A stretch of DNA of 64,000 nucleotides from an uncultured Pseudomonadota bacterium (GTDB lineage: Bacteria > Pseudomonadota > Alphaproteobacteria > JACZXZ01), in NCBI GenBank assembly GCA_963749075.1, contig CAVVLJ010000021.1, forward strand, positions 96,001-160,000, written 5' to 3'. Numbering within the stretch: the stretch's first letter is position 1; every line of letters starts with the position of its first letter. The position numbers and the translations under genes were made by a program. The notes beneath the pieces were generated by a model. It saw only the letters and a program-made list of their open reading frames with translations. It was not told the origin of the DNA and made no database searches. Positions 9,679 to 22,227 of the stretch are shown here, piece after piece.

Positions 9679-9942
9679 CCTTCGTCGATCAAGCGCCGGT
9701 CATCACCAACAACTCGGTCGAGGCGACGGTGCGCATGGCGGGCAACCTCGGTTTCGCCACCTATGTCGTCGCCGACGGCTGCTTCACGGTGGACAAGCGC
9801 GATCTTTCAGGCGAGCTCCATCCCGCCGAGCGCGTCCACGCGCTCTCGCTTGCCAACATGCAGGGCGAATATGCCCAAGTGGTAGAGAGCCGCGAGCTCC
9901 TCGCGGCCCTCGCCCGCACGCCCGGCAGCTCGTCCTGAGCGA

Positions 9943-9961
9943 TAGTGCAACAGTTGCACTA
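9943..9961. promoter_or_regulatory. operator palindrome of the downstream TA-like pair
   Basis: perfect TAGTGCAAC-A-GTTGCACTA just upstream of 9973. Confidence 0.65.
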
Positions 9962-9972
9962 GGGCGAGACTT

Positions 9973-10200
9973 ATGGTAGCGCTCCACCGTGACGCCGATC
10001 GGAAAATTGCCGTCTACGGGCGCGAGCATGGCGTGCCCCATTTCCACGTGGAGGGCCGCGGATTTCGCTGCTCTATCATCATCGGAACGGAAGAGCCGAT
10101 CATCGGGACAGCTCCCCGCGCGATCTTGAAAGCGGCTTGCGCTTGGGCGCGGGAGAATCGCCAAATGCTGATGGCGAAATGGCAGGAGCTGAATTCATGA
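9973..10200 (+). CDS. DUF4160 family protein (HicA-like toxin)
   Basis: EHGVPHFHV motif, W..EN..LM.KW C-terminus. Confidence 0.8.
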   Translation: MVALHRDADRKIAVYGREHGVPHFHVEGRGFRCSIIIGTEEPIIGTAPRAILKAACAWARENRQMLMAKWQELNS

Positions 10201-10637
10201 GTGCCGAAGACAAGCTCCGCACGATCGCGGCGGTGAAAGCCAAAGCTCCCGCGGCGATCGCGGTCAAATGGTCCGACGGCACGCGTGCCGATCTCGACCT
10301 CGGCGCGCTGCTCAGCAAAAAAGCCTACAGCGCTTTGCGCGATCGAGCCGAATTCGCGCGCGTTCGCGTGGGCGAATGGGGTCACTCCGTCGAATGGCCG
10401 TCCGGAGCAGAGCTCGGCGCGGAGACGCTCTGGCTGGAGACCTTGTCGGCCACCGGCCGCGCGGATGCGCGAAGCTTCCTCGAATGGCGCCTGAGGCACG
10501 GCCTGTCTTTGAGCAAGACCGCAGAGGCATTGGGCCTTTCCCGGCGGATGGTTGCCTACTACTCGAACGGGGAGAAGCCCGTGCCGCGCCCGATTTTGCT
10601 CGCCTGCAAGGGCTGGGAAGTCAGTCACGCGGCATAG
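10197..10637 (+). CDS. DUF2442 + HTH antitoxin-like protein
   Basis: WSDG..DL..F..V.VGEWGHSVEWPSG, C-terminal HTH AEALGLSRRMVAYY; ATGA overlap with the upstream gene. Confidence 0.8.
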   Translation: MSAEDKLRTIAAVKAKAPAAIAVKWSDGTRADLDLGALLSKKAYSALRDRAEFARVRVGEWGHSVEWPSGAELGAETLWLETLSATGRADARSFLEWRLRHGLSLSKTAEALGLSRRMVAYYSNGEKPVPRPILLACKGWEVSHAA

Positions 10638-10657
10638 CGCCGAACGGTCGGCCTCGC

Positions 10658-11464
10658 TCAAAAGCCCAGCACGTCGCGCATGCCGTAGAGGCCGGGCGGC
10701 CTGCCCCGGGCCCAGAGGGCCGCGCGCACGGCACCCTGGGCGTAGATCTCGCGGCTCGCGGCGCGGTGGGTGAGCTCGAGCCGCTCGCCGGTGCCGGCGA
10801 AGACGACGCTGTGGTCGCCCACCACGTCGCCGCCGCGCAAGGCCGCGAAGCCGATGGCGCCCGCCGGGCGCGGACCCGTGTGGCCGTGGCGCGCAGGTAC
10901 TGCGACCGCATCGAGCTCGACGCCGCGGCCCTTGGCGGCGGCACGGCCGAGGCCGAGCGCGGTTCCCGAGGGCGCATCCACCTTGTGGCGGTGGTGCATC
11001 TCCACGATCTCGATATCGTAGCGCTCGTCGAGCGTCGCCGCCACGCGCTCGACGAGGGCCAAGAGGAGGTTGACGCCGACGCTCATGTTGGGCGCCAGCA
11101 CGATGGGCGCCTTGGCAGCCGCCCGGCGGATGGCGGCCTCGTCCTCGGCGCCGATGCCGGTGGTGCCGATGACGTGCACGGTGCCGCGCGCCGCGGCGAG
11201 CCCGGCGTGCTGCACGCTCGCCTGGGGCGCCGTGAAATCGAGCACCGCATCGACGCTTGCGAAGAGTGCCGCCGGGTCGTCGCCCACCGCCAAGCCGAGG
11301 GTGCCCAAGCCGGCGAGCTCGCCGAGATCGCGCCCGAGTGCTGCATGGCCCGGCACCTCGCTGCCGCCCGCGAGCCTGCAGCCCTTGGTGCGCGCCACCT
11401 CCGCCGCCAACGTCTGCCCCATGCGGCCCGCGCAACCGACGATGCCGATCCGCACCTCCGCCAT
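10658..11464 (-). CDS. dapB: 4-hydroxy-tetrahydrodipicolinate reductase
   Basis: GCAGRMG, IGTTG, EMHHRHKVDAPSGTA. Confidence 0.97.
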   Translation of the reverse strand: MAEVRIGIVGCAGRMGQTLAAEVARTKGCRLAGGSEVPGHAALGRDLGELAGLGTLGLAVGDDPAALFASVDAVLDFTAPQASVQHAGLAAARGTVHVIGTTGIGAEDEAAIRRAAAKAPIVLAPNMSVGVNLLLALVERVAATLDERYDIEIVEMHHRHKVDAPSGTALGLGRAAAKGRGVELDAVAVPARHGHTGPRPAGAIGFAALRGGDVVGDHSVVFAGTGERLELTHRAASREIYAQGAVRAALWARGRPPGLYGMRDVLGF

Positions 11465-11570
11465 GTCCGCTTCCTCCCCCGCTTTGACGGCCACGATAGC
11501 ACCGGGCCGCGCACCCGGACGAGCAAATCCGCCTCCCGGCGGAGGGCTGCGGCAAGAAATTCCGCCGACG

Positions 11571-13797
11571 CTATTGCCGCGCGACCGAGACCTTGCAGTT
11601 CCGCGCGTAAGGGCTTCGCCCCGGCCGCGGGATGCTCTCCGTCCCGCTCAGCTCGATGCGGCCGTCCCTGAGCTTGCCCTGATAGGCGGAATCGAAATGC
11701 CAATCGGGCCCCTGCGCGCCGCCCGTGAGGCTCATGGTGCCGTCCGCGGCGAGGCTGCCACTCGCCGTCTCCTTGCCCCTGATGCTGCTGCCGTCCAGGG
11801 TGAGGACCGAGCGCGAGAAGTCCGCGCGCGCGCCGCTCACCACCACGACCGCCTCGACGCTGACGGGGCCCATGGTGGAGTTGGGGATCTGCTCGCAGGT
11901 GATGCGGCCGACGTAGCGGCCATCGTTGGGCCCGGATTTGCCCGGCCCCGCCGCGGGTGCCGCAGCGGCACTCGGTGCCGAGGCGACCTTCTCGGGGGCC
12001 TGCGAGCTCTCTCTCTGCTTTTCGGCCTCGCGCTCGCGCTGCTCCTTCTCCTTGCGCGCCTGGAAGGCCGCGGGCTCCTCGAGCGCGATTGAAGCCACAT
12101 AGGCAAGCGTGCCGCCCTTGAGCTGGACGCCGTACCAGCCGCCCGACTTCAGCTTGCCGGCGACATGCACCGTCTCCCCCTCCTTGAGGCGGCCCACCTG
12201 CTTCGCCCTGATGTCGGGTGCCTCGCGCAAGGGGGCGGTATGCCCGGCGATCATGTCCGCGTCGAGCACCTCGAGCGCCGGCACGTTTTTGACCGCCGTC
12301 TGCGCCTCCTGCAGTGCGGCAAGGCGGGCGCGCGCGGCAGGTGCGAATTCGGCGTTCGGATAGCGCTCGACATAGGCCGCGAAGTCGGCGGCGCTCTTGC
12401 TGTCCTTGAGCGCCTCCCAGGCCGCGGCAGCCGCCTCTGCCTCCTTGAGCGCCGCCAGGCGGGCGCGCGCGGCAGGCGCGAACTCGCTCGTCCGGGTAGC
12501 GCTTGAGATAGGCATCGAGATCGGCCGTGCTCTTGCTTTGCTTGAGGGCGTCCCAGGCCGTTGCCGCGGCCTCGGCCTCCCTCAAGGCGGCAAGGCGCGC
12601 GTGCGCGGCGGGTGCCGACTCGGCTTGCGGGTAGCGCTGCAGATAGGCCTTGAGATCGGCCAGGCTCTTGGTGTCCTTGATCGCCGACCAGGCTGCCGCT
12701 GCCGCCTGAGCCTCCTTGAGCGCGGCGAGACGCTCGCGCGCGGCGGAGGCGAACTCGCCCTTCGGATAGCGCTCGAGATAGGCCTCGAGATCGGCCGTGC
12801 TCTTGCTGTCCTTGAGCGCATCCCAGGCCGCGGCGGCGGCCGCGGCCTCCTTGAGTGCAGCTATGCGCGCGGCGGCGGCGGCGGCGAATTCGGAGTTGGG
12901 ATGGGCCGCAAGATAGGCCGCGAGTGCCGCCTGGTCGTTGCTCTCCTTGAGCGGCTCCCAGGCCGCGGCCTCGGCCGCGGCCTCCCTGAGGGCGTCGAGC
13001 CGGCTGCGCGCGACCGCGGCAAAGTCGCCCTTCGGATATTTCTGCAGATAGGCCTCGAGCTCGACGGTCTTCTTGCTGTCCTTGATCGAATCCCAGAAGG
13101 CGATCTCGACCTGATGGTCGCGGGCGGCATTTGCCGCGACATCGCCGGCGGGCGAGCTGGCGGGAGCCGGGCTCGCCTCGCCGCCGGCGCGTCCGCTACC
13201 GCCGGCGAGGCTCGTGGGCGGCGCACGCACCTCCTCCTTGCCGCCATGGAAGAGGAGAAAGGCGATGCCGGCCGCGGCAATCGCGGCGGCAAGCCCGGCC
13301 AGCGCCAGGAGCTTGCGCCGCGGCAGGCCTGCCGCCCGGCCGGGCGTCTCCGGATGGGCCGCGGCGCGAGACGGCGGTTCCGCCACCTCCGCGGCTCCCG
13401 TTCCGGCCGCGACCTTCTCGACGAGGTCGGCCACGAGCTTGGCGCAGCCGCCGGAGGCACTGCGACCGTCCCACGAGGAGAGGTCGACCGTATGGACGTG
13501 GAGGAAACGCAAGGGGGGAGCCGCGTGGTCGAAGCGCACCGGCACCAGCTTGCTCTTCTCGAGCGCGTAGCCGGCCTCGGCGCGCACCCAGGACGAATCG
13601 ACGGAGTGCTGCGACCAGGCGACGATGACGACCTTGGCGTCGGCGATGGCCTTCTCGATGACGAGATCGAAGGAATCGCCCGACTTGATCCGCCGGTCCC
13701 ACCACACGGAGAGGCCGGCGCCCTCGAGCACCGCCGCCAGCGCCTCGACCCTGTCCTGGTCCTGCCTCGAGTAGCTGATGAAGAGGTCGCTCGCCAT
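11571..13797 (-). CDS. TIR domain + TM + six 45-aa helical repeats + SH3-like domain protein (frameshift near 12490)
   Basis: DLFISYSRQD..VWWD..SWVRAEA TIR motifs; W..K.S....L..YL..YP...FA..AR.RL repeat continues across two frames; LREAPDIRAKQVGRLKEGETV SH3b-like segment. Confidence 0.8.
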
Positions 13798-13925
13798 TCC
13801 CCCGGCCTCGCTCCGCCGCTCCCCCGGGCGGCATTTTGGGGCCTCTCGCACGCGTCTTTCGAGCTGCAATGCTATCGTGCTGAAATGGCTAAGACAACCG
13901 GAGGAGCGGCCGCAGGGGGCCGCCG

Positions 13926-14639
13926 TCAAGCGGCGGCGAAGAGCCTGGCAATGCGCGCCTGAATGGCCGCCGCCGCCTCATGCGGATCGCGGGCCGCCCG
14001 GATGGGCCGGCCGACCACGATGTAATCGGCGCCCTTGCGGAAGGCCTCCTCCACGTCGACCGTGCGCTTCTGGTCGTCGCTGTTGGCGACCGGACGGATG
14101 CCGGGAACCACGACGAGGAAGTGCGGCCCGAGCTCGGCGCGGAGCCGCTCGGCCTCGAGGCCCGAGGAGATGACGCCGTCGCAGCCGATGGCAAGCGCCC
14201 GCTTGGCCCGCGAGAGCACGAGGGCCGCGGCATCGACCGTGAAGCCGAGCGCCTCGAGATCGCCGTTGTCGAGGCTGGTGAGCACCGTGACGGCGAGGAT
14301 CTTGACCCCGCCCTTCTCGGCGCAGGCGGCGCGCAGGATCTCGTCGTTGCCGTGCACGGTGGCGAATTCCGCGGGATGTCCGCGGAGCTGGCGGACGGCA
14401 GAGGCGACCGTATTGGGTACGTCGAAGAACTTGAGATCGACGAAGCACTTCTTGCCGCGCCCGGCGAGCCAATCGATGAGCTCGAAATAGCCCCCGGCCA
14501 TGAAGATCTCGAGGCCGAGCTTATAGAAGACGACCTCATCGCCGAGCGCCTCGACGAGGCGCTTGGCCTCGGCCACGCTCGCCACGTCGAGGGCGAAGAT
14601 GAGCCGCTCGCTCGCCGGTATGGGCTTTTCGGAGAGCAT
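13926..14639 (-). CDS. pyrF: orotidine-5'-phosphate decarboxylase
   Basis: LIFALD, DLKFFDVPNTV, VTVLTS, VPGIRP, VVGRPI. Confidence 0.95.
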   Translation of the reverse strand: MLSEKPIPASERLIFALDVASVAEAKRLVEALGDEVVFYKLGLEIFMAGGYFELIDWLAGRGKKCFVDLKFFDVPNTVASAVRQLRGHPAEFATVHGNDEILRAACAEKGGVKILAVTVLTSLDNGDLEALGFTVDAAALVLSRAKRALAIGCDGVISSGLEAERLRAELGPHFLVVVPGIRPVANSDDQKRTVDVEEAFRKGADYIVVGRPIRAARDPHEAAAAIQARIARLFAAA

Positions 14640-15779
14640 CTACTCGGTGAGATCGTCCCACAGCTCGCGCACCTTGGCGAAGAAGCCGGCGGACTGCGGG
14701 CTGTTGGGCTTGCCGCCGCCCTCCGCCTCGCCGAACTCGCGCAAGAGCTCGCGCTGGCGCTTGGAGAGATTGACCGGTGTCTCGATCACCGCCTCGATGT
14801 ACATGTCGCCGCGCTGGTGCGAGCGCAGGACCGACATGCCCTTGGCGCGCAGACGGAACTGGTTGCCGCTCTGGGTGCCGGCGGGCACGTTGACGCGGGC
14901 GCGCGAGCCGTCGACCGTCGGCACCTCGATGACGCCGCCGAGCGATGCCGTGGTCATCGGGATGGGCACGCGGCAGAAGATGTTGGCGCCGTCGCGCCGG
15001 AAGAGGAGATGCGGCTTGAGCGAGAGGAAGATGTAGAGATCGCCGGGCGGCGACCCGCGCATGCCCGCCTCGCCCTCGCCCGCGAGCCTGATGCGCGTGC
15101 CGTCCTCGACGCCGGGCGGGATCGAGACCGAGAGCGTCTTCTCGCGCGCCACCCGGCCGTTGCCGTGGCAAGTGCGGCAGGGATCGCGGATGACGCGGCC
15201 CGAGCCCTGGCAGGTCGGGCAGGTGCGCTCGATGGTGAAGAAGCCCTGCTGGGCGCGCACGCGGCCGTGGCCCTGGCAGGTCTGGCAGCTCGCCGGCTGG
15301 GCGCCGCCCTCACCGCCCGTGCCGTGGCAGACCTCGCACATGACCGAGCTCGGCACGCGCACCTTGGCCTGGCTGCCGCGGAAGGCCTCCTCGAGCGAGA
15401 TCTCGAGATTGTAGCGCAGGTCGGCACCCCGCGCGGCGCCGCTGCCGCGGCGGCGGTTGCCGGTGAACTCGCCGAACATCTCGTCGAAGATGTCGGCGAA
15501 GCCGGCGCCGAAGCCGAAGCCGTCCGGGCGGAAGCCGCCGGCGCCGCCGTTGGCCGCGAAGGCGGCATGGCCGTAGCGGTCATAGGCGGCGCGCTTCTGC
15601 TCGTCCTTGAGGACGTCGTAGGCCTCGTTCAGGTCCTTGAATTTCTGCTCGGCCAACTTGTCGGCCGGGTTGCGGTCAGGGTGATGTTGCATGGCGAGCT
15701 TGCGGTAGGACTTCTTGAGGTCCTCCGGGCTCGCCCCGCGGCCCACGCCCAGGGTCTCGTAGTAGTCTGCCTTGGCCAT
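14640..15779 (-). CDS. dnaJ: chaperone DnaJ
   Basis: J domain HPD, four CxxCxGxG repeats. Confidence 0.98.
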   Translation of the reverse strand: MAKADYYETLGVGRGASPEDLKKSYRKLAMQHHPDRNPADKLAEQKFKDLNEAYDVLKDEQKRAAYDRYGHAAFAANGGAGGFRPDGFGFGAGFADIFDEMFGEFTGNRRRGSGAARGADLRYNLEISLEEAFRGSQAKVRVPSSVMCEVCHGTGGEGGAQPASCQTCQGHGRVRAQQGFFTIERTCPTCQGSGRVIRDPCRTCHGNGRVAREKTLSVSIPPGVEDGTRIRLAGEGEAGMRGSPPGDLYIFLSLKPHLLFRRDGANIFCRVPIPMTTASLGGVIEVPTVDGSRARVNVPAGTQSGNQFRLRAKGMSVLRSHQRGDMYIEAVIETPVNLSKRQRELLREFGEAEGGGKPNSPQSAGFFAKVRELWDDLTE

Positions 15780-15869
15780 CGTCCTGGCATCCGGACATGG
15801 CGCCGCCCCGGTCCCGTCAAGGGCCCGGGGCGGTGCCGAGGTTCACCTCATTGCGGTCATGCGCGCCCT

Positions 15870-17831
<1,962 letters not shown>

Positions 17832-17943
17832 GATGTGTCCCACCTCTTACGGCGGGCCCGCCGGACCTGCAACAGCGCCCAGAGGGCCCCCTCAATATGT
17901 GCCGGTTAGAGCATTGCTTGCGCTCGGCTAACCCCGGGAACTC

Positions 17944-17972
17944 ATATAGGGAGCCGCAAGCGGCGCTACAAG
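17944..17972 (-). promoter_or_regulatory. RpoH-like heat-shock promoter of dnaK
   Basis: CTTG..N..CCTATAT on the - strand upstream of dnaK. Confidence 0.55.
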
Positions 17973-18129
17973 CCGGGGAGGGCGCCATCCCGCCTCTCTG
18001 ACCCCCTCCGGCACGCGGCAGCAAGGCTGGCGCAGTCCGGGCGGGAAGTCGAGGAGGAAATGGCGCTTCCGCGGCCCAGGGAGCCCGCCCGGCCGGGCCG
18101 CGGCAGCCGCCATGCTATAAGCTCCCCTC

Positions 18130-19011
18130 ATGATCGTCTCGGCAAGCTATCGGACCGACATCCCGGCCTTCTACGGCCGCTGGTTCATGGCGCGGCTGGC
18201 GGCCGGCTTCTGCCGCACGGTCAACCCCTACGGCGGCCAGCTCCTCGAGGTGCCGCTCGCCCGCGAGGCGGTCGACGGCTTCGTCTTCTGGACGCGCAAT
18301 CCGGGGCCGTTCCTGCCAGCGCTCGAGGCGCTCAGGGAGCAGGGCTTTCCCTTCGTCGTGCAGCTCACCATCACCGGCTATCCCAGGGCGCTCGACGCCG
18401 CGGTGATCGAGGCCGAGCGCGCGATTGCGCTCGCCCGCCGCCTCGCCCGGGCCTACGGCCCCAAGGCGGTGGTGTGGCGCTACGACCCGATCGTCGTCAC
18501 GAGCATCACGCCGCCGGCATGGCACCTGGCCAATTTCGCGGGGCTCGCGCGCGGCCTCGAAGGTGCTGTCGACGAGGTGGTGGTCTCCTTCGCGCAGATC
18601 TACCGCAAGACCCGGCGCAACCTCGATGCCGCGGCGAGGCGCCACGGTTTCGCTTGGCACGACCCCGCCGAGGAGGCCAAGCGCGCGCTCCTGGGCGAGC
18701 TCGTGCCTCGCGCCCGCGAGCAAGGCATGCGGCTCTCGCTCTGTACCCAGCCGGGGCTCCGCGCGGAGGGCAGCGAAGAGGCGCGCTGCATCGACGCGGA
18801 GCGGCTCGCCGCCATAGCGGGCAAGCCCATCGCGGCACGCACCAAGGGCAACCGCCCGGGCTGCCTCTGCGCCGCGAGCCGCGACATCGGCGCCTACGAG
18901 AGCTGCCCCCACGGCTGCGTCTATTGCTACGCGGTGGCCTCGCGCGCGCGGGCACGGGAGCGCCAGCGGGCGCATGATCCGGCAGGCGAGTTCCTGCTCG
19001 CGCCAGGGTGA
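18130..19011 (+). CDS. DUF1848 family protein
   Basis: MIVSASYRTDIPAFY, VFWTRN, WRYDP, DIGAYESCPHGCVYCYA. Confidence 0.9.
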   Translation: MIVSASYRTDIPAFYGRWFMARLAAGFCRTVNPYGGQLLEVPLAREAVDGFVFWTRNPGPFLPALEALREQGFPFVVQLTITGYPRALDAAVIEAERAIALARRLARAYGPKAVVWRYDPIVVTSITPPAWHLANFAGLARGLEGAVDEVVVSFAQIYRKTRRNLDAAARRHGFAWHDPAEEAKRALLGELVPRAREQGMRLSLCTQPGLRAEGSEEARCIDAERLAAIAGKPIAARTKGNRPGCLCAASRDIGAYESCPHGCVYCYAVASRARARERQRAHDPAGEFLLAPG

Positions 19012-19015
19012 GGCC

Positions 19016-19650
19016 CTAGGTGCTGGTATCCGTGCTCTCGGCGGGTGCACCCGCCGCCGCGGCGGCGGGCGGCGCCTTGGCCACGCCGACCATGGCGGCG
19101 CGTAAGAGGCGGTCGTGGATGAGATAGCCGGGGACGAGCACCTGGACGACGGTGCCGGGGGGGCTTCCGCGGTCGCCACCTCGAAGAGGGCCTGGTGCAG
19201 GTTGTGGTCGAAGGGCCGGCCGAGCGCCTCGATGCGCGTAATGCCGTGGCGCTCGAGGATGGCGAGGAGCTCGCGCTCGACGAGCTCGACGCCCGAGGCC
19301 AGGCGCTCGAGGAGCGCGTCCGCCTGGCGTCCCTCGGGCGGGATGGCGTCGAGCGCTCTGCGCAGGTTGTCGGGTGCCGAGAGCAGCTCCTTGGCCAGAT
19401 TGGCGACCGCGTAGCGCGCCGTGTCCTCGACCTCCTTGCGCGCGCGCCGGCGCGTGTTCTCGGCCTCGGCGAGGGCGCGGAGGAGCTGGTCCCTGAGCTC
19501 GGCCACCTGCGCCTCGAGTGCGGCGATGCGCTCCTCGGGCCTCTCCTCGGGCCTCTCCTCGGGCCGCGGCTCGGCCGCGGCCTCCTCGGCCGCCGCGTCG
19601 GCGCCCTCGATGTCGTTCGTCTCCTCGTTCGCGTCCGGCATGGCGTCCAT
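19016..19650 (-). CDS. grpE: nucleotide exchange factor GrpE (apparent frameshift in a homopolymer near 19157)
   Basis: RALAEAENTRRR, FDHNLHQA, then GTVVQVLVPGYLIHDRLLRAAMVGVAK in a shifted frame. Confidence 0.92.
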
Positions 19651-19672
19651 TCCTTGCGGTTCTCGGCTCGGC

Positions 19673-20725
19673 TCAGCCGAGCATGCGACCGATCACTTTG
19701 GCGGTGTAATCGACCATGGGGATGATGCGGGCGTAATTGATGCGGGTCGGACCGATCACGCCGATGGCGCCGAGTATCTTCTCGCGGCTGTTGCCGAAGG
19801 GCGCGATGATCAGCGAGCAGCCGGCATGGGCGAAGAGGTTGTTCTCGGCGCCGATGAAGATCTGCACGCCCTCGGCGGTGCCCGCCGCCTCGATGAGGCG
19901 CAGCAGGCTCTCCTTGGTGTCGAGCACGGCGAAGAGCTCGCGGATGCGCTCGAGGTCCTCGACCGCGCGCACGTCCTCGAGGAGGTTCGACTGGCCGCGC
20001 ACGATGAGGACGCCCGACGCCCCCTCGCCAGCCGGCACGGCGAGCCCGGCCTCGACCACCTTGCGGGTGAGCTCGTCGAGCTCGGCGCGCCGCGCCTCGA
20101 GCTCGTCGAGCACGACCTTGCGCGCCTCCTCGAGAGTGCGGCCGCCGAGCTTGCTGTTGAGGTAATTGCCGGCCTGCACGAGGGCCGATGCCGGCAGGCC
20201 CGCCGGCAGGTCGATGATGCGGTTCTCGACCAGGCCGTCCTCGCTCACCAGCACGACGAGCGCCCGGCTGCTGCCGAGATTGACGAACTCGACGTGCTTG
20301 AGCGGGCTCTCGATCTTGGGCGCCACCACGAGGCCGGCGCAGTGCGAGAGGCCCGAGAGCATCGCCGTCGCCTCCTCGAGCGCCTGGGGCAGGCTGCGCC
20401 CGGCCGCCTTGCACTGGCTCTCGATCTGCCGGCGCTCCTCCTCGCCGACGCCGCCGATCTCAAGCAGGCCGTGGACGAAGAGGCGCAAGCCCGCGTCGGT
20501 CGGCAGCCGCCCCGCCGAGGTGTGCGGCGCATAGACCAGGCCTGAGTCCGTGAGGTCCGCCATGACGTTGCGGATGGTCGCCGGCGACAGTGCTATGCCC
20601 TTCTGGCGCGAGAGGGTGCGCGAGCCGACCGGGTCGCCGGTCTCGAGATAGCCGTCGATGATGCGCCGCAGGATCTCGCGCGCGCGCTCGTTCAGCGGGA
20701 TGTCGCTCGTCGGGGTGGCGTTCAT
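19673..20725 (-). CDS. hrcA: heat-inducible transcription repressor
   Basis: PVGSRTL, SPATIRNVMADL, PHTSAGRLPT, GVIGPTRINY. Confidence 0.97.
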   Translation of the reverse strand: MNATPTSDIPLNERAREILRRIIDGYLETGDPVGSRTLSRQKGIALSPATIRNVMADLTDSGLVYAPHTSAGRLPTDAGLRLFVHGLLEIGGVGEEERRQIESQCKAAGRSLPQALEEATAMLSGLSHCAGLVVAPKIESPLKHVEFVNLGSSRALVVLVSEDGLVENRIIDLPAGLPASALVQAGNYLNSKLGGRTLEEARKVVLDELEARRAELDELTRKVVEAGLAVPAGEGASGVLIVRGQSNLLEDVRAVEDLERIRELFAVLDTKESLLRLIEAAGTAEGVQIFIGAENNLFAHAGCSLIIAPFGNSREKILGAIGVIGPTRINYARIIPMVDYTAKVIGRMLG

Positions 20726-20883
20726 GTGGCGGTTTTGTCCAAAGCCGGCCTGAAATGTAGTGAGCGCCCCCCGGAGCGTCAACGCCGGCCGGCTACCGGT
20801 AGGCCGCCAGCGCCTTTGGCGGGGTGGACAGGGCCGCCCGCGCGACGATAGGTTATGCCCCCTTCCCCAAGCAGGATCCGCCC

Positions 20884-21600
20884 ATGCGACCCTCCGGCCG
20901 CTCTCCCGACCAGCTTCGCGCCGTCAGCCTCGAGCCGCGCTTCAACAAATACGCCGAGGGCTCCTGCCTCGCCCGCTTCGGCGACACCCACGTGCTGTGC
21001 ACCGCGTCGGTCGAGGAGCGCGTGCCGCCGCACCTGCGCAACAGCGGCACCGGCTGGATCACCGCGGAATACGGCATGCTGCCGCGCTCGACCGGCACGC
21101 GCACCGACCGCGAGGCGGCGCGCGGCCGGCAGAGCGGCCGAACCATGGAGATCCAGCGCCTGATCGGCCGCGCGCTCCGCGCCGTGACCGACCTTAGCGG
21201 CTTCGGCGAGCGCGCCATCCGCATCGACTGCGACGTGCTGCAGGCGGACGGCGGCACGCGCACGGCGGCGATCACCGGGAGCTACGTCGCCCTCCATCTC
21301 GCCTTCCAGCACCTCATCAAGACCGGCCTCCTCGACCGCGTGCCGCTCACCGACCAGGTGGCGGCGGTCTCTTGCGGACTCTATGCCACGATACCAGTTC
21401 TCGATCTCGACTATGCCGAGGACAGCAAGGCCGAGGCGGACGCCAATTTCGTCCTGACGGCGGGCGGCCGCCTCGTCGAGGTGCAGGCGAGCGCCGAGAA
21501 GCATCCCTTCGAGCGCCGGGCCTTCGAGGCCCTGCTGGCGCTGGCCGAGAAGGGCATTGCCGAGTTGGCGCTCCTGCAGCGCGCAGCACTCGGGCAATGA
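20884..21600 (+). CDS. rph: ribonuclease PH
   Basis: [34 protein letters not shown]. Confidence 0.97.
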   Translation: MRPSGRSPDQLRAVSLEPRFNKYAEGSCLARFGDTHVLCTASVEERVPPHLRNSGTGWITAEYGMLPRSTGTRTDREAARGRQSGRTMEIQRLIGRALRAVTDLSGFGERAIRIDCDVLQADGGTRTAAITGSYVALHLAFQHLIKTGLLDRVPLTDQVAAVSCGLYATIPVLDLDYAEDSKAEADANFVLTAGGRLVEVQASAEKHPFERRAFEALLALAEKGIAELALLQRAALGQ

Positions 21601-21627
21601 CGCCGCCGAACAAGGACGGAGCAGGCC

Positions 21628-22227
21628 GTGTCGAGACGCTTCGCCGGCGCCAAGCTGGTCATCGCCAGCCACAATGAGGGCAAGGTGCGCGAGATCGCGG
21701 ATCTGCTGGCACCCTACGACGTGGAGACCGTAGCCGCCCGCACCCTCGGCTTAGCCGAGCCCAAGGAGACGGGTGCCACCTTCCTCGCCAATTCCGAGCT
21801 CAAGGCGCTGGCCGCCGCGCGCGCGAGCCAGCTCCCTGCCCTGGCCGACGATTCAGGGCTCGTGATCCCGGCGCTCGACGGCGCTCCCGGCATCAACTCG
21901 GCGCGCTGGGCCGGGCGCAAGCGCGACTTCGCCAAGGCCATCGCGCGCGTCGAGAAGGCGCTCGGGGGCAAGCCGGAGTGCTCCGCCCATTTCGTCTGCG
22001 CCCTCAGCCTGGCGTGGCCGGACGGCCACGCGGAGAGCTTCGAGGGCCGCGCCGACGGCGAGGTCGTCTTCCCGCCGCGCGGAGAGAAGGGCTTCGGCTA
22101 CGACCCCATCTTCCGGCCGACGGGCTATCAGGTGACCTACGGCGAGATGGAGCCGGCGGCCAAATACGCCATCAGCCACCGCGCCGACGCCCTGCGCAAG
22201 CTGATCGCCGCCTGCTTCGCGGCATGA
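21628..22227 (+). CDS. rdgB: non-canonical purine NTP pyrophosphatase
   Basis: [27 protein letters not shown]. Confidence 0.95.
   Translation: MSRRFAGAKLVIASHNEGKVREIADLLAPYDVETVAARTLGLAEPKETGATFLANSELKALAAARASQLPALADDSGLVIPALDGAPGINSARWAGRKRDFAKAIARVEKALGGKPECSAHFVCALSLAWPDGHAESFEGRADGEVVFPPRGEKGFGYDPIFRPTGYQVTYGEMEPAAKYAISHRADALRKLIAACFAA

Larger units (their letters stand above)
7005..9938 (+). pseudogene. isochorismatase/cysteine hydrolase split by a 2.3-kb insert (N-part 7005-7355, C-part 9699-9938)
   Basis: LMVIDLQ..K..NSAF..LVVAG joins in frame to VITNNSVEATVRMAGNLGF once 7356-9698 is removed. Confidence 0.9.

Noticed and set aside
7349-9699. CGCCGG as a target-site duplication of the insert
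   Set aside because: Excision via this repeat would delete 2 bp and shift the hydrolase frame; the clean join needs no duplication
19150-19165. Programmed frameshift or pseudogene in grpE
   Set aside because: The shift lies in a G/C homopolymer of a conserved, usually essential gene; most likely a sequencing indel
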